From Candidatus Poribacteria bacterium (lineage in GTDB: Bacteria; Poribacteria; WGA-4E; PCPOR2b): a DNA stretch of 64,000 nt. The notes under the pieces are model-generated. The model did no database searches, was not told where the DNA came from, and saw only the letters and a list, made by a program, of their open reading frames with translations. The position numbers were made by a program, and so were the translations under genes. Positions 1 through 8,988 of the stretch are shown piece by piece. The stretch spans positions 6,016,001-6,080,000 of the forward strand of contig OZ244587.1 in the NCBI GenBank assembly GCA_965218095.1, given 5' to 3'. How positions within the stretch are numbered: position 1 is the stretch's first letter; each line of letters begins with the position of its first letter.

Positions 1-296
1 AATGCTGTGTGGAAAGCGAAACCAGATCTCGGCTTGTGCTGTCTTCAGTAGAAGTGAACGAATTGACAGGATGAGCGTGGTATCACTCCCGACCCGCGGG
101 GCGTGCGATAAACGCAAATCCCCATGCTTTCGGCAGGAGGCGCTAGTGTGCAGATACGAGCGGCGCAAAAAGCAGAAAAAGGTATAAGACGTGAAACGTC
201 ATGCGTATCATGTCTTGCGTGTTATAATGAACTCATGAACCCATGAACTCATTCGCTTATTTGTCCATACGCTCATTCGCAGATTCCCCTACTCAT

Positions 297-1037
297 TCAT
301 TTTTTCTTCAATGCTGCCCAAGTTGTTGCCAATTTATCTTTTGGTTCCACAGCGACTACAGTCCCATCGATGGTTACATCAAAGCGGATGAGCTCAAAAG
401 TAATATCATTTGTGGTGATGGTTTTCACCAAACCGATATCCGGGGCAAGCCACATCACGTTGCTTTGCGGAGACAGGTCAGTGATACCTGGAACACGAAT
501 TTGAATATCCTGCTGGATTTTTAGACAGTTTCGGAATGTTCCCGCCGGCACGGTGACATCTTCGATGACGACAATTTTAGCATGGTTGGTCAATTGGACC
601 TTTATTCCCAGCGGTAGTCCGCCCTCGCTCACTACCTTCCATTCTGAGCCCAAACCGATTGGAGATGGGAGGAAGGTCTGGGGCGGTGAATAGTCAAACG
701 TAACGTTCCCAAACACCGGTACCGATGTCACCGCCCGAAACAGTTTAACGCCGTCTGATTCGCTCTTGATAAAGAACTGATTGATATTGTCGTTTGTTCG
801 TTCCACAATGATTTTCAGCGATTCGCCGTTGATTATCTGAGGTCCCTGAATTGTGATAACCCTCTCATCAATCCCATCCGTGCTACGTAAAAACCACATA
901 TTTCCGAATTCGTCTGGATAATAGTTTTGCGCATAGCCGGATGAAGCTGAACCATATACTGCTATTATCAATAGCAGGCAGAGCAACCAATAACGATGAC
1001 AGACTGTGAGAAACCGGGTTTTTATATTGATATTCAT
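297..1037 (-). CDS. Secreted hypothetical protein with C-terminal AVEPKDKLATTWAALKKK motif
   Basis: ORF 297..1118. Likely start MNINIK at 1037, after AGGAG. Signal peptide ends in YA-Q. Contains EDVTVPAGTF..C and W.AP..GLVK motifs of a beta-sheet family, then the C-terminal tail. Confidence 0.75.
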   Translation of the reverse strand: MNINIKTRFLTVCHRYWLLCLLLIIAVYGSASSGYAQNYYPDEFGNMWFLRSTDGIDERVITIQGPQIINGESLKIIVERTNDNINQFFIKSESDGVKLFRAVTSVPVFGNVTFDYSPPQTFLPSPIGLGSEWKVVSEGGLPLGIKVQLTNHAKIVVIEDVTVPAGTFRNCLKIQQDIQIRVPGITDLSPQSNVMWLAPDIGLVKTITTNDITFELIRFDVTIDGTVVAVEPKDKLATTWAALKKK

Positions 1038-1177
1038 TTGAACGGATGCGCTCCTTTCCATTTTGTGCTGGTCAGGAAGATAGGAGACATGTACTGATCC
1101 CGATGGATCGGGATTCAAAGCAACTTAGGCCAATCCAAGCTAAGCGGTATTTTCCATCCTATCGATCACTACGGAGC

Positions 1178-2155
1178 TTAATCGCGTGCAAAAACCAATA
1201 CATCCACGCCCTTATCCTGATGTTGGATTTGGTTTTTCAAAGTTGCTTCGTGGTGAAAGCCGGCGTTTTCAAGGACGTCGGCTTTACCTTTCGCTGTTGA
1301 TTCAACATAACACTGGACTTTGGCGTCTGGGAGATTAATCGCCTCCAGCAAAACAGATGATGCCTCCCAGAAGTCAGGGTGAACGAAAAGATCCAGCACT
1401 GCTGTGTGAGGCTGCCATCGCAGATCCCATGAGACAGTTGCCACACCGACGATTGCGTGAGCGTCCGATTCGAGCAGCTTTGCGTCGTGATAGCTGTCAC
1501 CATTTTCCAGTTCGTGTTTGAATCCGGGGAAACCGCCCTCAAAGTTGGTTGGTCCATAGATACCAAACGCGATGCTGCGGAGATAATCCCCTTCGACGAT
1601 TCCTGTTAAGGCGGTCATTTTGGACCAATCATGCCATTCCACGTCTTTCACATGAACGTCGTTCAGGGCAAAATACCGCGCATCAAAATCGTCAACCGCG
1701 CGATATTTCATGAAGCCCGAACGGGGATAAACACTTTCAAAGCCGAAACGCTTATAGATATAATACGGATGGCTATTGTACCCCGTTCCAAGATAGAGGG
1801 CTTCACCGCTGCGCTGACGGAAATCCTCCATTTGGGATGCCATCACCGATTTACAGGCGCCTTTGCGACGCTGCGCTGGTGTCGTAAAGACATGCCCAAG
1901 GATGCCAACGTGCCGGTGTTCAACTATCATAATATTTGTGATAATCTCTCCATTCAATTTACCGACATAGAAGCGTGTCTCCAAGGCATCAAGCGGTTCC
2001 ACAACAGATCGCCCAAGATGCCACTTGAAGCCTCCACCTTTGTGTGTTAAGAAGGGTTTGATTTTTTCCGCATACTCTTCATCCGGGGTGATAATAACGC
2101 CAACCTCAATCCGCTCGCCTGTTTTGAGTTTCGCCTCTGTCAGTTGATTGTACAT
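1178..2155 (-). CDS. GNAT family N-acetyltransferase
   Basis: Acetyl-CoA motif VFTTPAQRRKGAC and YKRFGF. A second degenerate GNAT-like half (LFVHPDF...ENAGF) follows. Confidence 0.8.
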   Translation of the reverse strand: MYNQLTEAKLKTGERIEVGVIITPDEEYAEKIKPFLTHKGGGFKWHLGRSVVEPLDALETRFYVGKLNGEIITNIMIVEHRHVGILGHVFTTPAQRRKGACKSVMASQMEDFRQRSGEALYLGTGYNSHPYYIYKRFGFESVYPRSGFMKYRAVDDFDARYFALNDVHVKDVEWHDWSKMTALTGIVEGDYLRSIAFGIYGPTNFEGGFPGFKHELENGDSYHDAKLLESDAHAIVGVATVSWDLRWQPHTAVLDLFVHPDFWEASSVLLEAINLPDAKVQCYVESTAKGKADVLENAGFHHEATLKNQIQHQDKGVDVLVFARD

Positions 2156-2334
2156 TTCGCCTTCTTGAAGATCTGTTGCCTAAACTTTGAAAAGGTTTGA
2201 CTGTCCAAATTCATGGAATGATTCACCAGCAATCAGATTTTATAATCCCAACTAATCCTTTGTCAAACCGTTTATTGCTCACTGGACCTCTTCCCCAGCT
2301 CTTCTCTGGCGCCTTACTTTTACCCAGATCCTTT

Positions 2335-2524
2335 CGCTCGGCGATGAAGTCGCCGAGCTACAGAAAACGGCGTCCGATGAATCGGACTTTCGGGGAATCT
2401 GAAAAGCCCGATTCATCGAACGCAAAGCCACGTTCCACAAGTTGAGCCCCGATCAAAAATCGAGGGTAACCCTGATTTGCAATCGGGATGCGAGCAACCG
2501 CGCGAAATCCCGATCTATCGGGGA
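2335..2524. repeat. REP-like palindrome cluster with CCCGAT-Nx-ATCGGG mini-palindromes
   Basis: GCGTCCGATGAATCGGACTTT pairs imperfectly with AAAGCCCGATTCATCGAACGC. Three mini-palindromes lie at 2447-2523. Confidence 0.65.
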
Positions 2525-2652
2525 CGTTGAAAATTTGTGGGTAAAAGCAAGCCGGCAGAAAGGAGGGAAAAACTTTCAAACGAGGGAAAAAAACTCCCAA
2601 AAATTTAGGAGCTTGTTAGAATTCGTTTTCAAAAAAATTGCGCTGTTGAGGT

Positions 2653-2913
2653 TTACTCCTCATCTCCCTGGGGTTCATCTCCCTGGGGTTCATCTCCCTG
2701 GAGCTCATCTCCCTGGAGTTTAACGACACTCTGTGCTTGATACCCCTTGGGGCCTTCTACGATTTCAAATTCAACTTCTTCATCTTCTCTGAGGGTTTTG
2801 AAACCTCCTCCCTCAATCGCAGAGTAATGAACGAAAACGTCTTCCCCTGCATCAGTGGTCAAAAATCCATAACCTTTTTGGTTACTAAACCATTTAACAC
2901 GACCCGTTGCCAT
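2653..2913 (-). CDS. Cold-shock protein (CspA family) with acidic repeat tail
   Basis: [18 protein letters not shown] (RNP1), DVFVHYSAI (RNP2), GPKG.QA. RBS AGGAGG upstream. Confidence 0.95.
   Translation of the reverse strand: MATGRVKWFSNQKGYGFLTTDAGEDVFVHYSAIEGGGFKTLREDEEVEFEIVEGPKGYQAQSVVKLQGDELQGDEPQGDEPQGDEE
2661..2720. repeat. 4 x 15-bp tandem repeat encoding QGDE(L/P/E)
   Basis: CATCTCCCTGG(G/A)G(T/C)T four times, read directly. Confidence 0.95.
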
Positions 2914-3119
2914 CGGCTTGGGACCTCCTTTCGCCTAGGTGTTCTGTGCTACAAATGTTTCATGGAATTTGAAGCGTTAAGGTACAAACCGAAGCTGGAG
3001 AAAGACGCGATTTGCGTTCTGTTTATCATATCGCTTACGTTTTGCTCCTCACGTTGCTTGCAAAACTTCCTTTGAATCCATTTCAAGTAATTTTCAGGAT
3101 TAAACTATACATCCCGTTT

Positions 3120-3173
3120 GTACTAGCGCAATTCATTGCGCGTTTGGAACAGTGATGAATCGCCTCACTACAA
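3120..3173. repeat. REP-like doublet (GTAG class)
   Basis: GTACTAGCGCAATTCATTGCGC ... ATGAATCGCCTCACTAC. Confidence 0.55.
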
Positions 3174-3289
3174 ACCATTACTTTCTTTTTGAAAATTACT
3201 TAACAACTATGGGCGGCATTATATCATTTCTTCACCTGAAATGCAAGCGGATCATTGCGGGCTTGATTTAATTGCATGTTGGCTTTCTA

Positions 3290-4282
3290 TCAATCCTTGG
3301 ACTTAATGATTTCTCGAAGTTTCGCCTCCGTGGCTGACAGTGCCCCGCCCTGGGCCTCTGTCATCATCCGTTTGAGCTTTTTGTAACCAGTGCGCCGTTC
3401 CTCAAGGAGTTCAGCAGCAAAACTGCCCTCCTTAATTTCGTCAATGATTTCTTGGATCTGCGTGCGTGTTTGATCAGAGAACAGCTTGCGTGAATAGGAG
3501 TGAATGCCGTATTGACACGCAGGTGAAGCGTGTTTTTCAACCATCTGGAACAGCCCAATCTTCGCCCCTTCGATAAGCACTTCGCCGAGCTCCCGTGACC
3601 CGTAGAGTTCCATCACCGCTGCTTCGGGCGTGTAGCTGTTTTCGATCAGGACATCGTAGGCGAGTTGTAACGCGCCAATCACGAGTGGGTAGACGAAGTG
3701 TTCAGAAAAGTGATCCAATTCGGTTTCCTCAGCGAAGGAAATCTCCATGGCGCCGACGCGTGTCGCGCCAATCGCCTTCGCGAGAGCGAGCGTTCGCTGC
3801 CACGCTTTGCCTGTGGCATCGTGCCGCACATCAACGAATGCTGGAACGCCATCGCCGCGCAGAAAAAAATCCCGCACATATCCACCCGGCATGCGTGGAG
3901 CGACAAGAAGGCAATCAACGAAATCGGGTGGCTGAATCAACCCGTAGCGGATGGCGAAACCGTGCGCGAAAACAAGGGCATTTCCGTCCTTAAGACCATC
4001 TTGGATGCCCTCCCGATAAACTTCCGCTTGAATCTCATCCGGGATGAGCAGGAGGAGGATGTCCCCCCGTTTGGCAGCCGCGTCGATATCGAAGATCTTG
4101 AATCCATCAGACTTAGCGCGTTTGCGATAATCATCGTCTTGATTACCGACAATGACGGAAAGTCCCGAATCTCTCAAATTCAGGGATTGCGCGCGTCCCT
4201 GGATGCCGTAGCCGATGACCGCAACGGTCTCATCTGAGATATGTGCGATGTTTGCATCATCGTCATAGTATACTTTTGCCAT
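3290..4282 (-). CDS. ilvC: Ketol-acid reductoisomerase family protein (divergent IlvC-like)
   Basis: IGYGIQGRAQSLNLRDSG, LLIPDE, FAHGF, AKAIGATR, ISFAEETELD. Several active-site motifs deviate (see findings). Confidence 0.75.
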   Translation of the reverse strand: MAKVYYDDDANIAHISDETVAVIGYGIQGRAQSLNLRDSGLSVIVGNQDDDYRKRAKSDGFKIFDIDAAAKRGDILLLLIPDEIQAEVYREGIQDGLKDGNALVFAHGFAIRYGLIQPPDFVDCLLVAPRMPGGYVRDFFLRGDGVPAFVDVRHDATGKAWQRTLALAKAIGATRVGAMEISFAEETELDHFSEHFVYPLVIGALQLAYDVLIENSYTPEAAVMELYGSRELGEVLIEGAKIGLFQMVEKHASPACQYGIHSYSRKLFSDQTRTQIQEIIDEIKEGSFAAELLEERRTGYKKLKRMMTEAQGGALSATEAKLREIIKSKD

Positions 4283-4798
4283 CTTGATCTCCTGATTACG
4301 CAGATCCTTTAGTAACCTTTAAATCTGGAATTGGTTAGGACTTACGCAGCCGTTTGAAGGTGCGATGGTCGTTTCCGTATCCTCATTCAGTTCATCAACA
4401 GTTGACTCCTATTCAGTGGAAGCAACTTTGTTCATATCATTCTCCTTATTTGGGAAGATTTAGCCGTCGGGCTCAAAAAAATTCAATGCAGATATTCTAT
4501 CAAAGGTGTTAGAAAATGTCAAAGAAATCAAAGACGAGTTTAGGAATTCGCAATCAAGCAATCTATCAGGGCAAATAGACTGACACGAGACAGAAAATTC
4601 ACTCCCGAAGGTTAAGTTGACACAGAAGATTAACGAATCGACGAATCGGCTTTATACCATTTGGACTTCTAGATGCGACTATGGGGGTGTTGGAGGAGTG
4701 GCGTGTTGGGGTTTATGCACCCCATTCCCCCAATACCCAAACACCTGTTTGCCTCCGGCAAATCGTCACATTTGAAACTAAAAATATTACGTTTCACT

Positions 4799-5458
4799 TT
4801 ATCCAGATTCGTTCTCCACCGTCCGTGGGGCGAGTTCATTCCACACGTCTCCTAGATCATAAACCTGTTTGAACATCGTGTAGATTCCGTCCCACATGGC
4901 ATTCCGTGCATCAGTGGCAGCGTGATTGTCTCCTTCAGCGATAGCCCGCTTGAGTTTGGCGTCTATCTCTTGCTGAACCCGGGCACAGGCCTGGGCAGCT
5001 TGAGCAACGGCTTCGCTGGCATTGACGTGGCGCTCGATGAGCTCCTCAACAGGCGTACTTGTGTCTTCCTCTATGTCGTAGGCGCTAGACGGCATGAACC
5101 GGATCGGGAGTCGCTGCCCGTCCTCGGCGCGCATGGTGTGGGTTGGCTGAATATGGGGGGTAACCGAGAGATACAGCGTCATCGGTGCATCTCCGACAGC
5201 ACGCAGAAGGTGGATCTGGTCGGCTAACGCGACGCACATCTGACCGGAGCCAAGTTCCTGGGTTTCGCCATCAATCTCAAACTCTACCCTCCCTTCCAGG
5301 ACAAGAAAAATCTCATGTCCCAGGTCGTGGCTATGGATCTGGGCAGTTTGACCAGGCTCCATTCGCATAAAGCGGGAACGTATCTGTGGGGTAACAAGGA
5401 CGTTGCGGATGTCGGTTCGGTAGTCATAAATAGCAAAGCTCATGGTTGTTTCCTCCAA
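4799..5458 (-). CDS. Cupin domain protein with helical C-terminal extension
   Basis: HSHDLGHEIFLVLEG ... ADQIH cupin metal motifs. True start may be MSFAIY at 5443. Confidence 0.85.
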   Translation of the reverse strand: MEETTMSFAIYDYRTDIRNVLVTPQIRSRFMRMEPGQTAQIHSHDLGHEIFLVLEGRVEFEIDGETQELGSGQMCVALADQIHLLRAVGDAPMTLYLSVTPHIQPTHTMRAEDGQRLPIRFMPSSAYDIEEDTSTPVEELIERHVNASEAVAQAAQACARVQQEIDAKLKRAIAEGDNHAATDARNAMWDGIYTMFKQVYDLGDVWNELAPRTVENESG

Positions 5459-5567
5459 TTTTCAATATTGGTTGATGATGAGATTCTGAAGATATTCAAA
5501 AATTGACGTAAGTGTACCCAAAATTCGCTGGACAGTCAAGCCCCGATCTCAGATCGGAGTTATCTTT

Positions 5568-5690
5568 AGAGTTACGCACTTCAAATTGAACAAACCGTGT
5601 TGTGCCTACATTTTGAATCCTGAATCCAGGACAAGATGCAAGACACAGGCAGACATAGCTTGAGTCCGTAGAATCAACTGCGTAAGTCCT
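5568..5690. mobile_element. MITE-like element with (A)GGACTTACGCA-type terminal inverted repeats
   Basis: AGAGTTACGCA (5568) and TGCGTAAGTCCT (5679-5690). Interior resembles the copy at 32652-32789. Confidence 0.65.
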
Positions 5691-5702
5691 AATCTTTTTA
5701 TA

Positions 5703-5730
5703 TTGACAACATTTCCCGATTGCGTATAAT
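5703..5730 (+). promoter_or_regulatory. Sigma70-type promoter upstream of the Gfo/Idh/MocA gene
   Basis: TTGACA-N16-TATAAT with perfect hexamers. Confidence 0.7.
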
Positions 5731-5748
5731 GAATGGAAGGAAGCACCA

Positions 5749-5877
5749 CTAGTCATGAAGGGTTAGTAGAGCCTGCCGCTGGCTGGTTCATCTGCAGTTC
5801 GTTCAACCGCAGATGAACGGGCGAGCCGCCCGCTCTACTCCAATAGTCAAAACTAAATTTATCTGATAGTGGACTAG
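5749..5877. repeat. CTAGTC...GACTAG-bounded element containing a GTAG REP pair
   Basis: Nested inverted repeats GTAGAGC/GCTCTAC and GTTCATCTGC/GCAGATGAAC. Confidence 0.55.
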
Positions 5878-5951
5878 AGTAGGATAATGGTAGAGGCGAA
5901 TCGATATTTTCGCTAATCTTGAATGTCAAATTTCATTAAGGAGCATCATCA

Positions 5952-7004
5952 ATGGCAGAGAAGACATACAGAGTCGGCGTGGTCGGCCTAACGGGTATTG
6001 CAGCGAATCGACTGAGTGCAGATGCACGGTCAGTCCTGAACACACCGATGCCGGGATCGCACATCGCGTCTTATGCGGCCCTGCCGCACACGGATTTGGT
6101 CTCCGTCTGCGAGTTGAAAACAGAACTGTTTAACCAGTTTAAGGAACGGTGGGGCGATGTTTGCCCCGATGTGCGAACCTATACGGACTATCGCGAAATG
6201 CTGGGAAAAGAGAACTTGGACATCCTTAGTGTCGTTACCTCCGACAATCGCCACGCGGATATTGTGGTTGACGCCGCAAACGCAGGCGTCAAGGGCATCA
6301 TTTGCGAAAAGCCGCTCGCCACGACCGTGGACGACTGCAACCGCATGATAGCGGCTTGCGAGGAGAATGACGTTCCGCTTTCAGTCGATCATACGCGAAG
6401 GTGGCGTCCTGCCTACCACCGCGGGCGTCAGGCAATCCATGAAGGGTGGATAGGCGGCGTCCGTCGCATCGTGGGTCACATGGCCGGTCCCAGAGCGATG
6501 TTGTTCCGCAATGGCACCCACCTGATTGACGGTGTCTGTTTCTTCGCCGAATCGGCGCCGGGGTGGGTGTTTGCAGAGTTGGACGAAGGCTTTGAGGACT
6601 ATTTCTCCTACCGTGGGGATGGTGGACGTAGTCCAGAAGGCGACCCCGGCGGCAGCGGATATATTCATTTTCAAAACGGAGTGCGAGCTTTCATCAACGG
6701 CTCGAAAGGACAGGTAGGCGGCTTTCGCATCGAAGTCATCGGCGAGGAAGGGCGTGTGGAGGTGGGAAACACCGTGACTTTGTGGACGGAAGGGGGCAAA
6801 TGTGAACAGCTCGACACGCTGCCGTACATGAAAGAAGGTATCACCGCTTGCATTGAGGAACTCATCCGTGTGATGGAGAATGGCGGTGAGCTGCTTTCTC
6901 CCGGATCCGAAGGTAAGAAAGTGATTGAGATCATCGTTGGATTCCTCAAGTCACAAGAGCGTGGAAACGGCCGTGTGGATCTTCCGCTGCCGCCGGGGAA
7001 TTGA
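5952..7004 (+). CDS. Gfo/Idh/MocA family oxidoreductase
   Basis: YRVGVVGL, IICEKPLA, HTRRW, NGTHLID. RBS AAGGAG. Confidence 0.92.
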   Translation: MAEKTYRVGVVGLTGIAANRLSADARSVLNTPMPGSHIASYAALPHTDLVSVCELKTELFNQFKERWGDVCPDVRTYTDYREMLGKENLDILSVVTSDNRHADIVVDAANAGVKGIICEKPLATTVDDCNRMIAACEENDVPLSVDHTRRWRPAYHRGRQAIHEGWIGGVRRIVGHMAGPRAMLFRNGTHLIDGVCFFAESAPGWVFAELDEGFEDYFSYRGDGGRSPEGDPGGSGYIHFQNGVRAFINGSKGQVGGFRIEVIGEEGRVEVGNTVTLWTEGGKCEQLDTLPYMKEGITACIEELIRVMENGGELLSPGSEGKKVIEIIVGFLKSQERGNGRVDLPLPPGN

Positions 7005-7157
7005 AGCCAGCCAGAACGGGAGCATTTGGGATGCTTATTTTTCTGGACGTACTTAGTCTGTCCATGTTTACCTCAGTATTATTTTGGCAATCAGTGATGA
7101 TTGCAGTGTGTGCCCAGTTCCTAGCCCTTAGCTCCGAGTTCCGAATTCCCGAAGCTC

Positions 7158-7176
7158 AATAGGTAGCAACTTGGGT
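7158..7176. mobile_element. Solo IS982-like terminal repeat
   Basis: AATAGGTAGCAACTTGGGT matches the reverse complement of 28596-28614 at 18/19. Confidence 0.65.
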
Positions 7177-7247
7177 TTAATTATCAAAGTAATGGTTAAT
7201 CTCAATTAGTTGCCTGCCACTCATGGTCAAAGCTAAATAAAACCAAA

Positions 7248-7340
7248 TGGCTCATGTCAAAAGAAAATGCAAAAGCATCAGAGAAGCATCGAAATCACTG
7301 ATCTGGATTTTTCCTTTGCACAAGTTTTTAACATGAGCCA
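7248..7340. mobile_element. 93-bp MITE-like element
   Basis: TGGCTCATGTCAAAA and TTTTAACATGAGCCA form a 14/15 inverted repeat. Confidence 0.5.
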
Positions 7341-7355
7341 GGGATTCTTCCCTTC

Positions 7356-8624
7356 TTACTCAAGTCTGAAGGAGGTACCGGCAACATGGCGTATGGCCGA
7401 CCATGCCAACTGCCCAGCACCTCGGTCCTGGTTTACGCTTGGGATGCGACCCTCCCGGTCGGCCACCGAGATGTAGTACGCCGTGAAGATACGTCCGTCG
7501 TCTAACTCGGTCACCACCGGATAGCCGAGGTCACCACAACAGCCATCATCCCTAAGCACGAACTCCTGGCTCCACGTCTCACCCAGATCGTCGCTGACCA
7601 CGCCACCTATGCCATACGGGGGCCGCCGCCTGCCGAAAATAATCACGATCCGTCCGTCTCGGGTAACCAATGCGCAGGGCGACCGGTAGGCGTTGTACCA
7701 CGAGCCGATTGGCTTGCCGTTATCATTGAACCAGTGATGACGCTGCTTGGGCAGTTCGAAACTCCCGGGTTTGGGCAGAGCCGCCGCCGGGACATGGTCC
7801 GGACGGACGATGTATCTGGGCTCGCTCCAGGTCATCCCGCCGTCATCGGAGAATGCCACGCAAGGGTAATCACCCAGGGGTCTCAGGAGCCGGTGCATGC
7901 AGAAAAACAAGCGGCCGTCCGGCAGTTGATGTACACCCCCATAGGTGTAGTCGTAGCGGCCCAGGGGATCGTATGCAACCGTACTGACGCAATCCCAGGT
8001 CAGCCCCTGGTCGTAACTGACATAGTAGTAGCAGCCGCTGGGGGCGATGCCTAGTACACCGTTGGGAAACCTGATATAACCGAGATTCGCGACGGTACCG
8101 CCGTTAAGGAACGGCGGTGCCGGAACCAGCGAGGGCTTGCTGTCCCAGGTATGGCCTTTATCTTGGCTGCGCAGGCAGAAGCTTATCCCGTGATTGATCG
8201 GATCCGGTCCGGACTCAGCCCTCCGGATGTATTGTGTCTGGCCGAAGTGCATAATCGCGTCCGAGTGCGTCATGTCAATCTCATCATGCTGGTCCGGATC
8301 GTCGTACAGCCAGGAGCGAATCTCCTCGATGGATCTGTTGTTATTCCAGATCCAGTGCTTCTTGTCTTCCGGCCAGGTCTCGCCGCTGTCATAGGAGCGG
8401 TTCAGCATGACGCCTGCACCGGGATTGTTCGAATATCCGTGGTCGACACCCTCACCCGTCGTGTAGTTGATGGGCTTGAGCAAATGCGCCACGGCGATCT
8501 CACCGGCGCCGAAGTTCCAGATCCCTCCCCGGTTGGTGTGGGCGGCGTACATATTGTCGTCGTAGAAGATGCGTACATGACGAACATCGGCTAACTTGAC
8601 CTTTTTGAAACTTTTCGATGCCAT
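7356..8624 (-). CDS. Sialidase-like BNR/Asp-box beta-propeller protein
   Basis: Five Asp-boxes (SYDSGETW, SQDKGHTW, SYDQGLTW, SDDGGMTW, SDDLGETW) and DLGYP...LDDGRIFTAYY. Confidence 0.85.
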   Translation of the reverse strand: MASKSFKKVKLADVRHVRIFYDDNMYAAHTNRGGIWNFGAGEIAVAHLLKPINYTTGEGVDHGYSNNPGAGVMLNRSYDSGETWPEDKKHWIWNNNRSIEEIRSWLYDDPDQHDEIDMTHSDAIMHFGQTQYIRRAESGPDPINHGISFCLRSQDKGHTWDSKPSLVPAPPFLNGGTVANLGYIRFPNGVLGIAPSGCYYYVSYDQGLTWDCVSTVAYDPLGRYDYTYGGVHQLPDGRLFFCMHRLLRPLGDYPCVAFSDDGGMTWSEPRYIVRPDHVPAAALPKPGSFELPKQRHHWFNDNGKPIGSWYNAYRSPCALVTRDGRIVIIFGRRRPPYGIGGVVSDDLGETWSQEFVLRDDGCCGDLGYPVVTELDDGRIFTAYYISVADREGRIPSVNQDRGAGQLAWSAIRHVAGTSFRLE

Positions 8625-8988
8625 GATCTTTACCTCCTCGTAAAACAGATCCGAATCCCATTGGGTTCGGCAAATTGCCAGCCATCGCTGAGCCGGTCAA
8701 AGCTGAGAATGCGGTTGCGCATTTTAAGAACTCCTGGATCGATTTTGAAGCATGATCCAAGGAAAATAACAGCTATACTCAACACGGTCACAAACTGAGC
8801 TTTTGAGTTCACAATTTCCACAGGGTATGTACAAACCACATTTTGAAAAGCGCAATCTATGCCTGTGCGCAGTATAACCGCTGCTGATCCTGCAGCGTGG
8901 GTCGCCCATGAGGAGGCCGGCCACGCGATTGGTCAATCCATGGACTGCCTCAAGCATTTTTCTGGCGCCGCATGTGTGACATCTCGAT

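Noticed and set aside
2-187. 61-aa ORF at window start
   Set aside because: Edge fragment with no recognisable motif.
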